From an uncultured Eubacteriales bacterium (GTDB lineage Bacteria > Acidobacteriota > Aminicenantia > Aminicenantales > Saccharicenantaceae): 64,000 nucleotides of DNA. Under the pieces are notes generated by a model that did no database searches, was not told the origin of the DNA, and saw only the letters and a program-made list of their open reading frames with translations. Below, in pieces: positions 8,831 through 18,974 of this stretch. Position 1 is the stretch's first letter. Each line of letters begins with the position of its first letter. The position numbers were made by a program, and so were the translations under genes. Where the stretch lies: assembly GCA_964551995.1 (NCBI GenBank), contig CAZKFD010000011.1:173036-237035 (forward strand), written 5' to 3'.

Positions 8831-9730
8831 TCAGGACTTCCTGGTGAAGCGCATCACGCAATCCAGACACTCGGGATCCTCGTACTTGATCTCGAGCTTC
8901 CATCCCGCGGCCGCCGCCCGGTCCTGCCAGATCGTCTCGAAGATTCGGCGGTAGTCCTCGAAGGAGATCTGTCCCCTGAGATGCCCCGTCTGCTTATAAA
9001 GCGCAAAGAACTGCGGCTTGATCCGGACCACGGCTTCGCGGTCGGTTAGGCTTTCCAAGGTGACGGGATTGCCCCTCAGCCGGCCTTGTTCCCAGCAGGC
9101 GTACAGGATGAAGGCCCGCCCGGGGGGCACGAAGGGGACCCAGGTCTTGGCTGCCAGGTAGTATCCGGCGCCGTCCTTCAGCAGGCTGGGCAGGAAATCC
9201 TTCCCCTTTTCCTTGGACAAGACGTTGTCGAAATACACCATCTGCGACCAGTAATTCTCTTCGCGCTGCCAGGCCTTCGTCTCCTCTGGCAGGTCGGGGA
9301 ATTCGGAGGCGGGGAACTTGTCAACCTTGTCCAGCCGGATGAAGATATTCTCGACGTGGCGGTAATACCAGTGGCGGCCCTCCTTGAGCAGCGTGAAGCA
9401 AAAGATTCCCTTCGTCTGCTCTCCCGAGGTAAAGGTCACGATGTAGTGGACTTCGTTCCCGACCGGGAAAACCTCGGGATGAGCCCATTCTTTCCAGGTC
9501 CCGTGCGTGTCCTGGATCTGTTTGAAGATCCTGAGTTGCTCCAGGAGAACCTCCTTCGGAAGGCCCTCATAGGGGCGGATCCGGTCGAGGGTGATCTTCC
9601 CGTTTTTCACCGCCATGACAAATTCCTTCCAAATGGCCAGGTCATCCTGCCCTTGGGCGGAGAAGACGGCCGGCAGGGCCAGGAGGGCTAGAAAAGCGAT
9701 GGCCGCCGCCGGGCCTCTCATTTTGACCAT
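8831..9730 (-). CDS. secreted hypothetical protein
   Basis: The 299 aa product has signal peptide MVKMRGPAAAIAFLALLALPAVFSAQG and a GGAGGTG RBS. No family is recognised. Confidence 0.5.
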   Translation of the reverse strand: MVKMRGPAAAIAFLALLALPAVFSAQGQDDLAIWKEFVMAVKNGKITLDRIRPYEGLPKEVLLEQLRIFKQIQDTHGTWKEWAHPEVFPVGNEVHYIVTFTSGEQTKGIFCFTLLKEGRHWYYRHVENIFIRLDKVDKFPASEFPDLPEETKAWQREENYWSQMVYFDNVLSKEKGKDFLPSLLKDGAGYYLAAKTWVPFVPPGRAFILYACWEQGRLRGNPVTLESLTDREAVVRIKPQFFALYKQTGHLRGQISFEDYRRIFETIWQDRAAAAGWKLEIKYEDPECLDCVMRFTRKS

Positions 9731-9926
9731 GTGACACCTCCGCGCCGTTACCTGCAGAACCGGTGAGCGACAGTTGAACCGAGGCTGATTTTATCCGAAC
9801 GCCGTCGGCAAGACAATCTTCGTGGGAATATCGGAATCGTGTCTTTTCGGTTCGTGCATGGTTATCGGCGATCGCCCAAGCAAGGAAGCGCTCGGGATCC
9901 CTAGTGGCTTTTCTTCGGATGGGCCG

Positions 9927-10625
9927 TCAGTCTGCGGAGCGCGGTGCGAAGAGCTCGAGGTCGGCGAAGGCGATGGCCGCGACGAGCGTAACGAGCCCGC
10001 TCCACCGGTGCCATTCGAGGAGCACGATCTGCCCCTGGTAGTGGAACCAGGGGAGCATTGGCAGGAGGGCCGAAACGGCCGCCGATGCGCCCGCGATGAG
10101 GAAGATCCAGAAGAACACTTTGGCCCAATCCCTCGGCCCCCAGGGAATCCGGAAACGCCGTGCGCTTTCCATGTTGCCGGGAAGGGCGAGCGGACTCGGG
10201 TTGAACATGAAGCGCCGCGCCCTCAAGAAGGCCACGAGCGTCAGGCAGACGGCGAAGACGGCTCCGGCCACGACATGAAGAAGCAGGGGATAGCCGTAGA
10301 GCCCGCGCCGGATGAAGATGGCGAAGAAGAATCCGCTGGCCGTGAGATAGAGAAAACTCACGTAAAGGCTGGCCAACAACCATTTTTCAGCGGCCGGAAG
10401 CCGCCAGAGTCCAAATCCCTTGAGCCAGGCCGCCCACCCGCCGGGAGCGGGTTTGACCAGAGTTTCGGGGATTCTCCGGGCTAGCCATCGCCTGAAGTCC
10501 CGGAAGACCGCCGCGTAGAGAATGCTCCCTTCGGCTGAAGGATGACGGATGCGGTAACGGCGGAAAGCCAATGCAAGCCCCGTCGCCAGCAAGGTCAGGA
10601 CCGTGACGGCGGCGAACATGATCAT
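9927..10625 (-). CDS. 5-TM integral membrane protein, possible b-type cytochrome/anchor for the adjacent multiheme cytochrome
   Basis: The 232 aa product has five hydrophobic helices. His residues lie in or near helices (LLLHVV, WFHYQ, EWHRW). It overlaps the cytochrome c gene by 4 bp. Confidence 0.5.
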   Translation of the reverse strand: MIMFAAVTVLTLLATGLALAFRRYRIRHPSAEGSILYAAVFRDFRRWLARRIPETLVKPAPGGWAAWLKGFGLWRLPAAEKWLLASLYVSFLYLTASGFFFAIFIRRGLYGYPLLLHVVAGAVFAVCLTLVAFLRARRFMFNPSPLALPGNMESARRFRIPWGPRDWAKVFFWIFLIAGASAAVSALLPMLPWFHYQGQIVLLEWHRWSGLVTLVAAIAFADLELFAPRSAD

Positions 10626-12994
10626 GGCCTCTTTTCGATGAGCCCGGCCAGTCTCCCGGCGATGACGACGAGGAACGCCAAAAGCAGGAGGCCGACGGCG
10701 AGGATCGCCGCGCCCAAGACGATCTTGAAAAGGGGCCTCACGGCGAACGTCAGACCGAAGATCCTTTGGAACACGCCTCCGACGCCCATCAACGAGGTCG
10801 TAGACCGTGTTTCGAACTTGTCCGTCAGGAGCGGCCCTGTGCCTTTGATAGTCTTGAAGAAGAATTTTGAGTCCGCGGTGTGGCAGTCGGTGCAGCCGTT
10901 CCAGCCCAAGGATTGTTCGACGGGGCGCACGTTATGGGCCAGCGACCACATGATCGGAGCGGCGAACGCCGCGGTCCCGGACGTCAGCTTCCCCGCCTTG
11001 TTCAGGCGGAACGTCCGTCCTCCGGAAACGTACACGAAGTCGGCCGCATCACCCCGCTGCGGCTCCTTCGCCTGCGTTTCCACGGCCCGAAGCGCTGCGA
11101 GGACGAGCCCGACCTGCTCTTCCGTCAGGGTCTGCTCGGTTCCCGCCTTGGCCGTTACCGCCCGGAGGTCGAAGTCCGACGCCAGGGGTTCGATCCTGCG
11201 TTCCTTGAGCCAGCCCGCGCCCGGCTTCGCCTGGAGAGCGGCCGGAGCATCGCTCGGGTTGAGATATCCGTCCACGATCTGATACAGCGTCTTTCTGACG
11301 ATGATGGCCGGGCGCCCCGGCGCGCCTTTGACCGTTCCCAACGCCTGGAGGATGCTCTGGAGCCTGGGCGCGATCTCCGGGTCCTTGTCCGGCGAGGCCG
11401 GATCGAAATCGGGGACGAGCGGCGAGAGGCCGAAGCTCTTTTTGATGGCCCAAAAGGCGGGGGGCGCTGGCGTGCCGCCGGCCTTTGCCGCACCCGCGGC
11501 CGGAGAGGCGTCGAGCCCGCCGTCCACATTGACGTCAAAGACCCATCCCCCGGAGACAAGGACGGGGACCTCGGTCTCGCCGCAAGCCTGAGTCAGGGCG
11601 GAGAGGACCTGTGTGATCCTGTCCTCGCACTTGAGAAGGTCGCCGGCTGCGGCCTCGACGGCCTCGGGCTTGAGCGGGACGACCGACTTCCCCTCCTCCC
11701 GCGCCCAGAAGGCCGGCCAGGCCAGCCGTTGCGGCGTGATCCTCCCTCGGGCGTCCCTTGCATAGACCGGTTCGATGATGGCTGGCTCATCCGTCCACCA
11801 CCGGGCGACGCCGTAGATGCCGAGCCGGTTAGCACGCGACGTCCGGACGCGCATCCATTGCTTGGACGGCATCGGACCCGAGTGGCACACGGGGCACGAC
11901 AGCGTCTTGAAGTGGATGAGCGGGATTCCCGTGTGCTTTGGGACGGGGGCGCCCAGGCGGCCGGGCGTGACGAGCTTCCGGCCGCTCGAATCTTCGCCCA
12001 GATGGCAGCCGCGGCAGGTGAACGAGTCCGCCGCCCGGTTCCCGGTTTCCTCGGCTTCGCCCTCGTAGCCCCGGATCATGCCGTGCCCCAGGTCGTTCCT
12101 GTGGCATTCGGCGCACGCGATGCCCCTGGCCGTGTGGACGTCCGCCGCCGCCTCGGCCCGCGTGTCCGTCACCGGTGAGACCGAATGACAGACCAGGCAG
12201 TTCCTGTCGCCGGGGGGATAGGCGATGTCGAGGAAATAGCGGTGCTTGCTGTCGAAGTCGGACGCCTTGTAAGTGACGAACGGTGCCACGGCCCATTCGT
12301 GGTCATCGAGGTTGGGGCCGTCGTAGACGCTCCAGGTTTCATGGAGGCGCGAGGCCATCCCCCCGACCTCGCCGACGCCGGACGCAGCCGTCGCCGCCCA
12401 ACGGAAGTTCTGCCGGAGCATCTGCTTGGCCCACTCGCTGTTGTCCTGGCGGCCGGATCTGTTGTGACAGGCCAGGCAGTTGATCTCGGCCTTCCCGGAG
12501 ACGTTCCAGCGGGAGTCGGGGCCCGGCGCGACGTCCCCCTCGTCCGGCTCCGCCGGTCCTCCGCCCGGCATGTGCCGGCCGAAGAGCATAGTGAAATCCC
12601 AGGCGTCGAGCCCGACCGTCCTCGGATCCCAAGATCCCGGCCATTTCCGGTAGGAAACGGGCAGGATCGTTCCGGTTTTCGCGTCGAGCCAGATCCACGG
12701 CTCGCCGGGCCGTCCGTTTTTCTCCGAGCGCATGGCGTTCCAGTGCCAGCCGGCCTGGATCGTTTTATAGTCATGACACGGGCCGCAGGTGGTGCGAACG
12801 GAGAAGGGCATGGCATCCCGGTCGTCGGGGGTGATCAGCTGGTTTATGTCGTCGCGGAGCGGAATGAGGTGCGTCGGCGTCGTCCGATTCCCGTCCCAGG
12901 GCGCCGGCTTTTCGTCCTGGGCACCGGCCGCGCTCCAGAGGCCGATAACGAGCAAGCCCAGGGCCGCCGCGCCGAACCGTCCGGCGGCTCTCAT
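10622..12994 (-). CDS. heptaheme c-type cytochrome with signal peptide and C-terminal TM anchor
   Basis: Seven CxxCH motifs are present (CGPCH, CLACH, CLVCH, CAECH, CRGCH, CPVCH, CTDCH). An internal start MRAAGRFGAAALGLLVIGLWSAAGAQ at 12994 overlaps the upstream stop (ATGA). The C-terminal hydrophobic helix is LFKIVLGAAILAVGLLLLAFLVVIAG. Confidence 0.8.
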   Translation of the reverse strand: MRAAGRFGAAALGLLVIGLWSAAGAQDEKPAPWDGNRTTPTHLIPLRDDINQLITPDDRDAMPFSVRTTCGPCHDYKTIQAGWHWNAMRSEKNGRPGEPWIWLDAKTGTILPVSYRKWPGSWDPRTVGLDAWDFTMLFGRHMPGGGPAEPDEGDVAPGPDSRWNVSGKAEINCLACHNRSGRQDNSEWAKQMLRQNFRWAATAASGVGEVGGMASRLHETWSVYDGPNLDDHEWAVAPFVTYKASDFDSKHRYFLDIAYPPGDRNCLVCHSVSPVTDTRAEAAADVHTARGIACAECHRNDLGHGMIRGYEGEAEETGNRAADSFTCRGCHLGEDSSGRKLVTPGRLGAPVPKHTGIPLIHFKTLSCPVCHSGPMPSKQWMRVRTSRANRLGIYGVARWWTDEPAIIEPVYARDARGRITPQRLAWPAFWAREEGKSVVPLKPEAVEAAAGDLLKCEDRITQVLSALTQACGETEVPVLVSGGWVFDVNVDGGLDASPAAGAAKAGGTPAPPAFWAIKKSFGLSPLVPDFDPASPDKDPEIAPRLQSILQALGTVKGAPGRPAIIVRKTLYQIVDGYLNPSDAPAALQAKPGAGWLKERRIEPLASDFDLRAVTAKAGTEQTLTEEQVGLVLAALRAVETQAKEPQRGDAADFVYVSGGRTFRLNKAGKLTSGTAAFAAPIMWSLAHNVRPVEQSLGWNGCTDCHTADSKFFFKTIKGTGPLLTDKFETRSTTSLMGVGGVFQRIFGLTFAVRPLFKIVLGAAILAVGLLLLAFLVVIAGRLAGLIEKRP

Positions 12995-14364
12995 GCTTTG
13001 AACTGCTCCGGACGGAATTCCAGCAGTCTCCGGGCCTTGACGGCGTCGTTGGTGTTGAGGACGGCGACGCAGGATTCGAAGGCGAGATCGGCCGGGCAGC
13101 TCAACGGCGTGCCCAGCCGGACGGCGTCGAAGAAGTTCTCGAGGTGCGGCTGGTGCGCGGGCTTGGCCAACTCGACCGGCAGATTCCAACGCCCAGCCTC
13201 CTGGGTCATCCGGACGTCGACGAAGATGTTCTTTGAAGTGCTCTTCTGGATCGGGGCGGACTCGGATTCGAGGAGCCCGGCCTTGGCCAAAGAGTCCCAT
13301 TCCGGCGCCGTGGGCTCTCGCATCGCCCAGTTCCCCTTGGACGGGATTTCGGACAGGACGATCGATCCGTTGTCTCCCATGAACGTCTCGTAGAAACCGC
13401 CATGCTGGGTGGTCGTCTGGACCTGATAGAAGGCGCGGGAGATGCCCCCCGGCCTCTCAAATTCGTAGACGGCCATGACGTTGTCATACCACTGCCAATC
13501 TTTGTAATAGTCCATGCCGCCGCTGGCGACGACCGACCGGGGGTTCGCGCCAAAGACCCAGCTGAAGAGGTCGATTTGGTGCGAGCCGAGGTCGACCATG
13601 GGGCCGCCGCCGTATTTTTTGAACAGGCGCCAGTTCCGGAATTCGGTCATCGAGCCGTAGCCGTACTTGTTGAGCGTGGCCGCGTCGATCGTGTATTTCT
13701 CGGGCCATCCGAGGAGCTCGCTCTTGGCCCGGTTCCACTGGGAGTAGGCGGCGGTGACCAGGCCGAGAAGCCTGTGCTCCCGGATAAGGCGGTCGATGGC
13801 GTGGATGTAGCGGGGATTGGAGCGGCGCTGATGGCCGATCTGAAGGAGCTTGCCGGTTTCCCGGGCCGTGAGGACCATCGAGCGGGCCTTCTCCAGAGAA
13901 TTCGCCATCTCCTTTTCGCAGTAGACGTGGAGCCTGGCCCTGAGGCAGGCGTTGGCGTGATCGGCGTGCATCCAGTCGGGCGTCGCGATGACGACGGCCT
14001 GGAGGTCCTTCTCCTTGGCCAGGAGGTCGCGGAAGTCTTCGTAGACCCGGACGTCCTGCCCGTATTTTTTGAGGTAGTTGTGGGTGTAGGTCTGGCTGTA
14101 GCTCCAGATGTCGCAGATCGCGAGGATCCGGATGGCCGGAATGCGGAGGATGGATTCGATGAGGACCCGGCCCTGGGCGCCGCAGCCGATAACGGCAATG
14201 CGGAGCTCCTTGGGATTCTTCTCCGCGGCCGCCTTCACCCGGGGCGTTTGGGAGAGCGCTTTTCCGGCGAGCGCCAGGCTGAGGCCCGCCGCGGCCGAGG
14301 TCTTGAGGAAGTCCCGGCGCGACAGGCCGTCCTTCGCGTCCGGGCGTTTCGTCTTCGTGTGCAT
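12991..14364 (-). CDS. TAT-exported Gfo/Idh/MocA family oxidoreductase
   Basis: The twin-arginine signal is SRRDFLKTSAAAGLSLALAG. The Rossmann motif is IAVIGCGAQG. An AGGAG RBS precedes the start. Confidence 0.85.
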   Translation of the reverse strand: MHTKTKRPDAKDGLSRRDFLKTSAAAGLSLALAGKALSQTPRVKAAAEKNPKELRIAVIGCGAQGRVLIESILRIPAIRILAICDIWSYSQTYTHNYLKKYGQDVRVYEDFRDLLAKEKDLQAVVIATPDWMHADHANACLRARLHVYCEKEMANSLEKARSMVLTARETGKLLQIGHQRRSNPRYIHAIDRLIREHRLLGLVTAAYSQWNRAKSELLGWPEKYTIDAATLNKYGYGSMTEFRNWRLFKKYGGGPMVDLGSHQIDLFSWVFGANPRSVVASGGMDYYKDWQWYDNVMAVYEFERPGGISRAFYQVQTTTQHGGFYETFMGDNGSIVLSEIPSKGNWAMREPTAPEWDSLAKAGLLESESAPIQKSTSKNIFVDVRMTQEAGRWNLPVELAKPAHQPHLENFFDAVRLGTPLSCPADLAFESCVAVLNTNDAVKARRLLEFRPEQFKA

Positions 14365-14685
14365 AAAACGACTCCTGGCTCCGTCGAGTCCAGCCCATCA
14401 TACTACAAAACCGAGCGGCAAAAAAAGCCCGCGAGAGGCCGGAAAAAACCTGCCCGTCGCGCCTCCTGCCCTCATGTCCGCGGCCGGGGCGCGCCCTCAA
14501 TCATCTCAGGCGCAGGGACCGGTCACCTTTTCTATAAGCGGTGGACGCGGGTCCTCTGGGCCTGGCTTCGCCGGCTTCCGTTTTTCTCCGTGATAGGGTA
14601 TTATATAAAGAGCGCGGAAAGGGTCGGGCTGGCGGTTTTAAGAGAAGTTTGGCTGTTTTGAAAAGCATGTATTGTGAGGACGGCG

Positions 14686-16758
14686 ATGCGAACAAAATGG
14701 CTCTGTTGGCTCGGTTCGACCCTGATCATCCTATCGGCTTTGAGCTGCGGCGGTAGCAGTAGCAGCCCGACTCCGACCCCCACTCCCACCCCTCCGAGCG
14801 TGACGGTCAGCCCGGAGACGGCGACGCTGTCCCCGGGCGCGGCCCAGCAGTTCACGGCCACGATCGCGAACGCGACGGACCAGACGGTCAGCTGGGAAGT
14901 CAACAACGTCCAGGGCGGGAGCGCGACCTACGGACTGATCTCTGAAGGCGGCGTGTACATCGCCCCGACGAACATCTCGGGCTTGTCCAGCGTGACGGTG
15001 ACGGCCGTCTCCTTCGATGACCCCACGAAGACAGGGACCGCCACGGTGACCTTCCAATCGGGTTCGAGCGTCAAAGTGGTCATCGCCGCGAACGGAGCTC
15101 CCATCCCGGTCCTGACGTTCGGGTCGTACACCCTCTCCGCGACGGTCAGCGGGACTACCAATACGGCCCTCACCTGGCAGGTCAACGGCGTCACCGGAGG
15201 CGGCTCGACGACGGGCACGGTCACCCAGGCGGGGGTCTATTATGCGCCCCATTCGGTGCCGGTTTCCACGGCGGCGAACAACGACGGCCAGACGACCGAC
15301 GTGATTTTGACGGCGATTTCCCAGGCGGACACCACGGCCTCGGATTCGGTGATCGTCGTCCCGACCCCCCCGCAGACGTCGCGCTTCCCGCTGCCGGTCC
15401 CGCTCGGGACGTCCGGCGGAAATGCGCATGACTTGTCGACCTCCGGGAATTACACGTTCTGCTGCGGCGGGACCATCGGGTCGCTCGTGTCCCGGGGCGG
15501 TCAGCTGTACATCCTGAGCTGCAACCACGTCTTGGCCCGGAGCGACGCGGCCTCGATCGGCGACGCGATCATCCAGCCGGGGCTTATCGACAACAACTGC
15601 GCCGTTGCCGGCACGAACACGGTCGCGAACCTGTCGCAGTTCTTCAATCTGGAGACGGGCGCCCTGCCGAACGTGGATGCCGCGATCGCCGAAATCGTGT
15701 CCGGCGCCGTCGAGCCGCTGGGGACCATCCTCGAGCTGGGCGGCACGGCGAGCGGCAGCCAGCCGACCGACGGGACGCCCAATCCCGGACCGGGCGTGAC
15801 ACCCACGGTGGGACGCCCGGTTGCTAAGAGCGGGAGGTCGACGGGCCTGACCTGCTCTCAGATCACCTCCGTCAGCACGTCGATCAGCGTTGAATACCAG
15901 AAAGGATGCAATACGGGCTCGACCTACGACGTGGATTTCGACAATCAAGTCGACGTCAGCGGCGTGGGCTTCAGCGCCTTCGGCGACTCGGGCTCGCTCA
16001 TCGTCACCCAGGACACGTCGGACCCCGTCGGACTGCTCTTCGCCGGCTCCGATACGGACACGGTCGCCAATCCCCTGGACGACGTCCTCTCGCAACTCGC
16101 AGACCCGTCGACGGGGGAGAAGCCTGTTTTTGTCGGAGATTCGACGGTCGGAGCCCATGCCGTCGCCGCCTGCTCGATCCCCCAGCCCACGTCGTCCCTG
16201 GCCGTAATCCTGCAGGGGCAGGCGGCTTTGTCGAATCTCGCCCTGGAGGCCGCCACCGCGGCCCGCGACGCTCATGCCGAAGAGCTGATGACGGCGCACC
16301 CCGAGATCCAGGCTTTGGGCGTGGGCGCGAGCTGCGACAATCCCCGGGAGAGCGCCGTCCTTCTGTTCGTGCCGAAAGGGCCGTCCCATGCGGGTCTTCC
16401 ACCTCTCGTGGGCGGGATCCGCACGCGCATCGTCGAGGTCACCACGAACAGGATATCAGGCTCTCTCTCGGCCGAAGAGAGCTCCATCCTCATTCAGTCG
16501 GTGGCGCTGCCCCCGCTCGCCTACGCCATCTCCGAGGCCGAAGTGGAACGGGCGAAGGCGGTCCAATCGGCTCACCGGGATGCCCTGATGCGCCAGCACG
16601 GCGTCCAGGGCGTCGGCGTGACGTCGAGCCTGGATTCCCCAGGCGAGGCAGCGTTGATGATTTTCGTCATCCGCGGGGTCGCGCACGACCCGATCCCGCC
16701 GGTCATCGACGGCCTGCGGACCCGGATCCGCGAAACAAGCCGCTTCCGGGCCCGCTAG
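14686..16758 (+). CDS. secreted (lipoprotein-like) S1 family trypsin-like serine protease with PT linker and Ig-like domains
   Basis: The signal/lipobox-like LIILSALSCGG is followed by a (PT)n linker. CGGTIGS..LSCNHVLAR carries the catalytic His and GDSGSLIV the catalytic Ser. The ATG at 14686 follows a GAGGA RBS. Confidence 0.7.
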   Translation: MRTKWLCWLGSTLIILSALSCGGSSSSPTPTPTPTPPSVTVSPETATLSPGAAQQFTATIANATDQTVSWEVNNVQGGSATYGLISEGGVYIAPTNISGLSSVTVTAVSFDDPTKTGTATVTFQSGSSVKVVIAANGAPIPVLTFGSYTLSATVSGTTNTALTWQVNGVTGGGSTTGTVTQAGVYYAPHSVPVSTAANNDGQTTDVILTAISQADTTASDSVIVVPTPPQTSRFPLPVPLGTSGGNAHDLSTSGNYTFCCGGTIGSLVSRGGQLYILSCNHVLARSDAASIGDAIIQPGLIDNNCAVAGTNTVANLSQFFNLETGALPNVDAAIAEIVSGAVEPLGTILELGGTASGSQPTDGTPNPGPGVTPTVGRPVAKSGRSTGLTCSQITSVSTSISVEYQKGCNTGSTYDVDFDNQVDVSGVGFSAFGDSGSLIVTQDTSDPVGLLFAGSDTDTVANPLDDVLSQLADPSTGEKPVFVGDSTVGAHAVAACSIPQPTSSLAVILQGQAALSNLALEAATAARDAHAEELMTAHPEIQALGVGASCDNPRESAVLLFVPKGPSHAGLPPLVGGIRTRIVEVTTNRISGSLSAEESSILIQSVALPPLAYAISEAEVERAKAVQSAHRDALMRQHGVQGVGVTSSLDSPGEAALMIFVIRGVAHDPIPPVIDGLRTRIRETSRFRAR

Positions 16759-16793
16759 AGCCCTGGGGCCAAACGCGTCTGCCCGGCGCCCCG

Positions 16794-17783
16794 CTATTTC
16801 TTCATATCCTTGTCGAAAGCGACCAGGGAAGGCGAGAAGTTCATCCGGCGGACGAACTCGAGCGATTCCGCCGCGCCGAGCTCGCGGTCCATGGCGTTGT
16901 CCTCCCACTCGACCGAAAGCGGGCCTTCGTAGCCGATGGCGTTGAGCTCGCGGATGATGCCCTCGAAATCGACGTCGCCGTGCCCGAGAGACCGAAAGTT
17001 CCAGCCCCGGCGGACGTCGCCGAAGGCGAGGAAGGAGCCGAGGATCCCGGCCTTGCCGTCGAGCGTCACGGCCACGTCCTTCATGTGGACGTGGTAGACG
17101 CGGTCGGCGAACTCGCGGATAAAGAGAGGCGGCTCAAGGCCCTGCCAGACGAGGTGGCTGGGATCGAAGTTGAGGCCGAGGGTGAGCCTGCGGTTGAACG
17201 TCTCGAAGAGGCGGCAGGTCGTGTAGAGGTCGAAGGCGATCTCCGTCGGATGAACCTCGAGGGCGAATTTGACGCCTTGCTTGTCGAATTCGTCGAAGAT
17301 GGGCGTCCAGAGGTCGCGGATCTTTGCGTAGCCGGCCGCCACCATTTCCTCGGTCGTCGCCGGGAATGAGTACCAAGCCTTCCAGACGGGCGAGCCCATG
17401 AAGCCGTTGACGACGTAGCATCCCATGACTCGAGCCGCCCGGGCTACGGCCTTCATCTCCTCGACGGCCCACTTGCGGAGGGCGTCGGGCTTGCCGCGGA
17501 CCGCGGCCGGCGCGAAACCGTCGAGCCGGGGGTCGTATTCGTCGCCGACGCATTGGCCGGCGAGGTGGGCGCCGAACGCCCAGCACTTGAGACCGTACTT
17601 CTTAAGGACCCGCTTCTTCTCCCGGACATAGGCGGCGCTCGAGGCCGCTTTGCGGACGTCCATGTGATCGCCCCAGCAGGCGATCTCCAGGCCGTCGTAG
17701 CCCCAGCCGGAAGCCTTCTTGCAGATCTCCTCGAACGGCAGGTCGGCCCACTGGCCGGTGAACAGCGTGACAGGTCGTGCCAT
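16794..17783 (-). CDS. sugar phosphate isomerase/epimerase (xylose isomerase-like TIM barrel)
   Basis: The 329 aa product shows AP endonuclease 2 / xylose-isomerase-like fold features. A perfect AAGGAGG RBS precedes the start. Confidence 0.85.
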   Translation of the reverse strand: MARPVTLFTGQWADLPFEEICKKASGWGYDGLEIACWGDHMDVRKAASSAAYVREKKRVLKKYGLKCWAFGAHLAGQCVGDEYDPRLDGFAPAAVRGKPDALRKWAVEEMKAVARAARVMGCYVVNGFMGSPVWKAWYSFPATTEEMVAAGYAKIRDLWTPIFDEFDKQGVKFALEVHPTEIAFDLYTTCRLFETFNRRLTLGLNFDPSHLVWQGLEPPLFIREFADRVYHVHMKDVAVTLDGKAGILGSFLAFGDVRRGWNFRSLGHGDVDFEGIIRELNAIGYEGPLSVEWEDNAMDRELGAAESLEFVRRMNFSPSLVAFDKDMKK

Positions 17784-17798
17784 AATCGTTTCCTCCTT

Positions 17799-18974
17799 TT
17801 ATTCCATGCGGACCCAGGCGGCCCCTTCAGCTGAGCTTTCGACGCACTTCTCGATGAAGCAGACGCCGCGGACGCCGTCCTCGGCCCCTGGAAAATCGAG
17901 ATCATCGGCCGCAAGCGCTTCGCCCCGGAGCTTCTTGGCCAGGGCCGGAATAAAGGTCGAGTAGGTGTTGGCGAAGGCCTCGAAGTAGCCTTCGGGGTGC
18001 CCGGACGGGATGCGTGACAGGCTCTGGGCCCTGGGGGACATCGGGTCGCGGCCGCGCGACAGCATCGCCGTCGGCCGGTCCAGGCACGAGACGCGGGCGT
18101 TGTTCGGGAACTCTTGGAACCATTCGACCGCCCCCTCGACGCCGTAAATCCGGAGACGCAGGGCGTTGTCGTGGCCGATGGCAATTTGGGAGCTCCAGTA
18201 CACGCCCTTGGCCCCGCCCCGGTAGTTCACCATGATCGTGGCGTTGTCCTCGAGCGGCCGCCCGGCGCCGAAACGGTCGAGCCGGGCGCAGAGCGACTCA
18301 ATTCGCAGGCCGGTCATATAGCCTGCCATGAATTCGATGTGGCTGCCGATGTCGCCGACGCAGTTGGAGATGCCGGCGACCTTGGGGTTCGTCCGCGAGA
18401 GGGCCTGCTTCTGGCCCGTGTCCTCGAGTTTCGTTGCCAGCCATTCCTGGGGATACTCGGCGTTGATGAAGCGGATCGCGCCGATATCCCCTGAGGCGAT
18501 CATGTCCCGGATGTGCTTGACCATGGGGTAGCCTGCGTAGGCGTAGGTCACGCAGAACAACAGGCCCTTTTCCTTGGCGAGGCGGGCCAGGTGCGCCGCG
18601 TCCTCGGAGCTCGTCGCCAGCGGCTTTTCGCAGACGACGGGGAAGCCGTGCTCGAGGGCGGCCCGTGCGGCGGGGTAATGGGCGTTGTTTGTCGTGACGA
18701 CGACGATGAAGTTGGGCCGGTCGTCGCGCTTCGCCTCCGTGCGGATCATTTCCTCGAACGTGTGATAGAGGCGTTCTTTCGGGAGGTCCAACAGCCCTCC
18801 CGTGACCAGGGTGTTTTCATAAGATTGGGAGAAGCAGCCGCAGACGATGTCTGCCTTCCCGTCCATGGCGATGGCCTTGCGGTGGACGTCGCCGATGAAC
18901 GCCCCCTGGCCGCCTCCGATCATGCCGTAGCGAAGCTTCGGGGTCTTGGCTCCCGACGCCTGTCCTTCGATCAT
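17799..18974 (-). CDS. Gfo/Idh/MocA family oxidoreductase (cytoplasmic)
   Basis: The 391 aa product has the Rossmann motif YGMIGGGQGAFIG and the conserved EKP motif. It has no signal peptide. Confidence 0.85.
   Translation of the reverse strand: MIEGQASGAKTPKLRYGMIGGGQGAFIGDVHRKAIAMDGKADIVCGCFSQSYENTLVTGGLLDLPKERLYHTFEEMIRTEAKRDDRPNFIVVVTTNNAHYPAARAALEHGFPVVCEKPLATSSEDAAHLARLAKEKGLLFCVTYAYAGYPMVKHIRDMIASGDIGAIRFINAEYPQEWLATKLEDTGQKQALSRTNPKVAGISNCVGDIGSHIEFMAGYMTGLRIESLCARLDRFGAGRPLEDNATIMVNYRGGAKGVYWSSQIAIGHDNALRLRIYGVEGAVEWFQEFPNNARVSCLDRPTAMLSRGRDPMSPRAQSLSRIPSGHPEGYFEAFANTYSTFIPALAKKLRGEALAADDLDFPGAEDGVRGVCFIEKCVESSAEGAAWVRME

Noticed and set aside
10880-12178. 432-aa plus-strand ORF
   Set aside because: It is antisense to the heptaheme cytochrome gene, which has seven CxxCH motifs in the minus frame.
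14731-16389. 552-aa minus-strand ORF
   Set aside because: It is antisense to the S1 protease gene and its product is Arg/Gly-rich.
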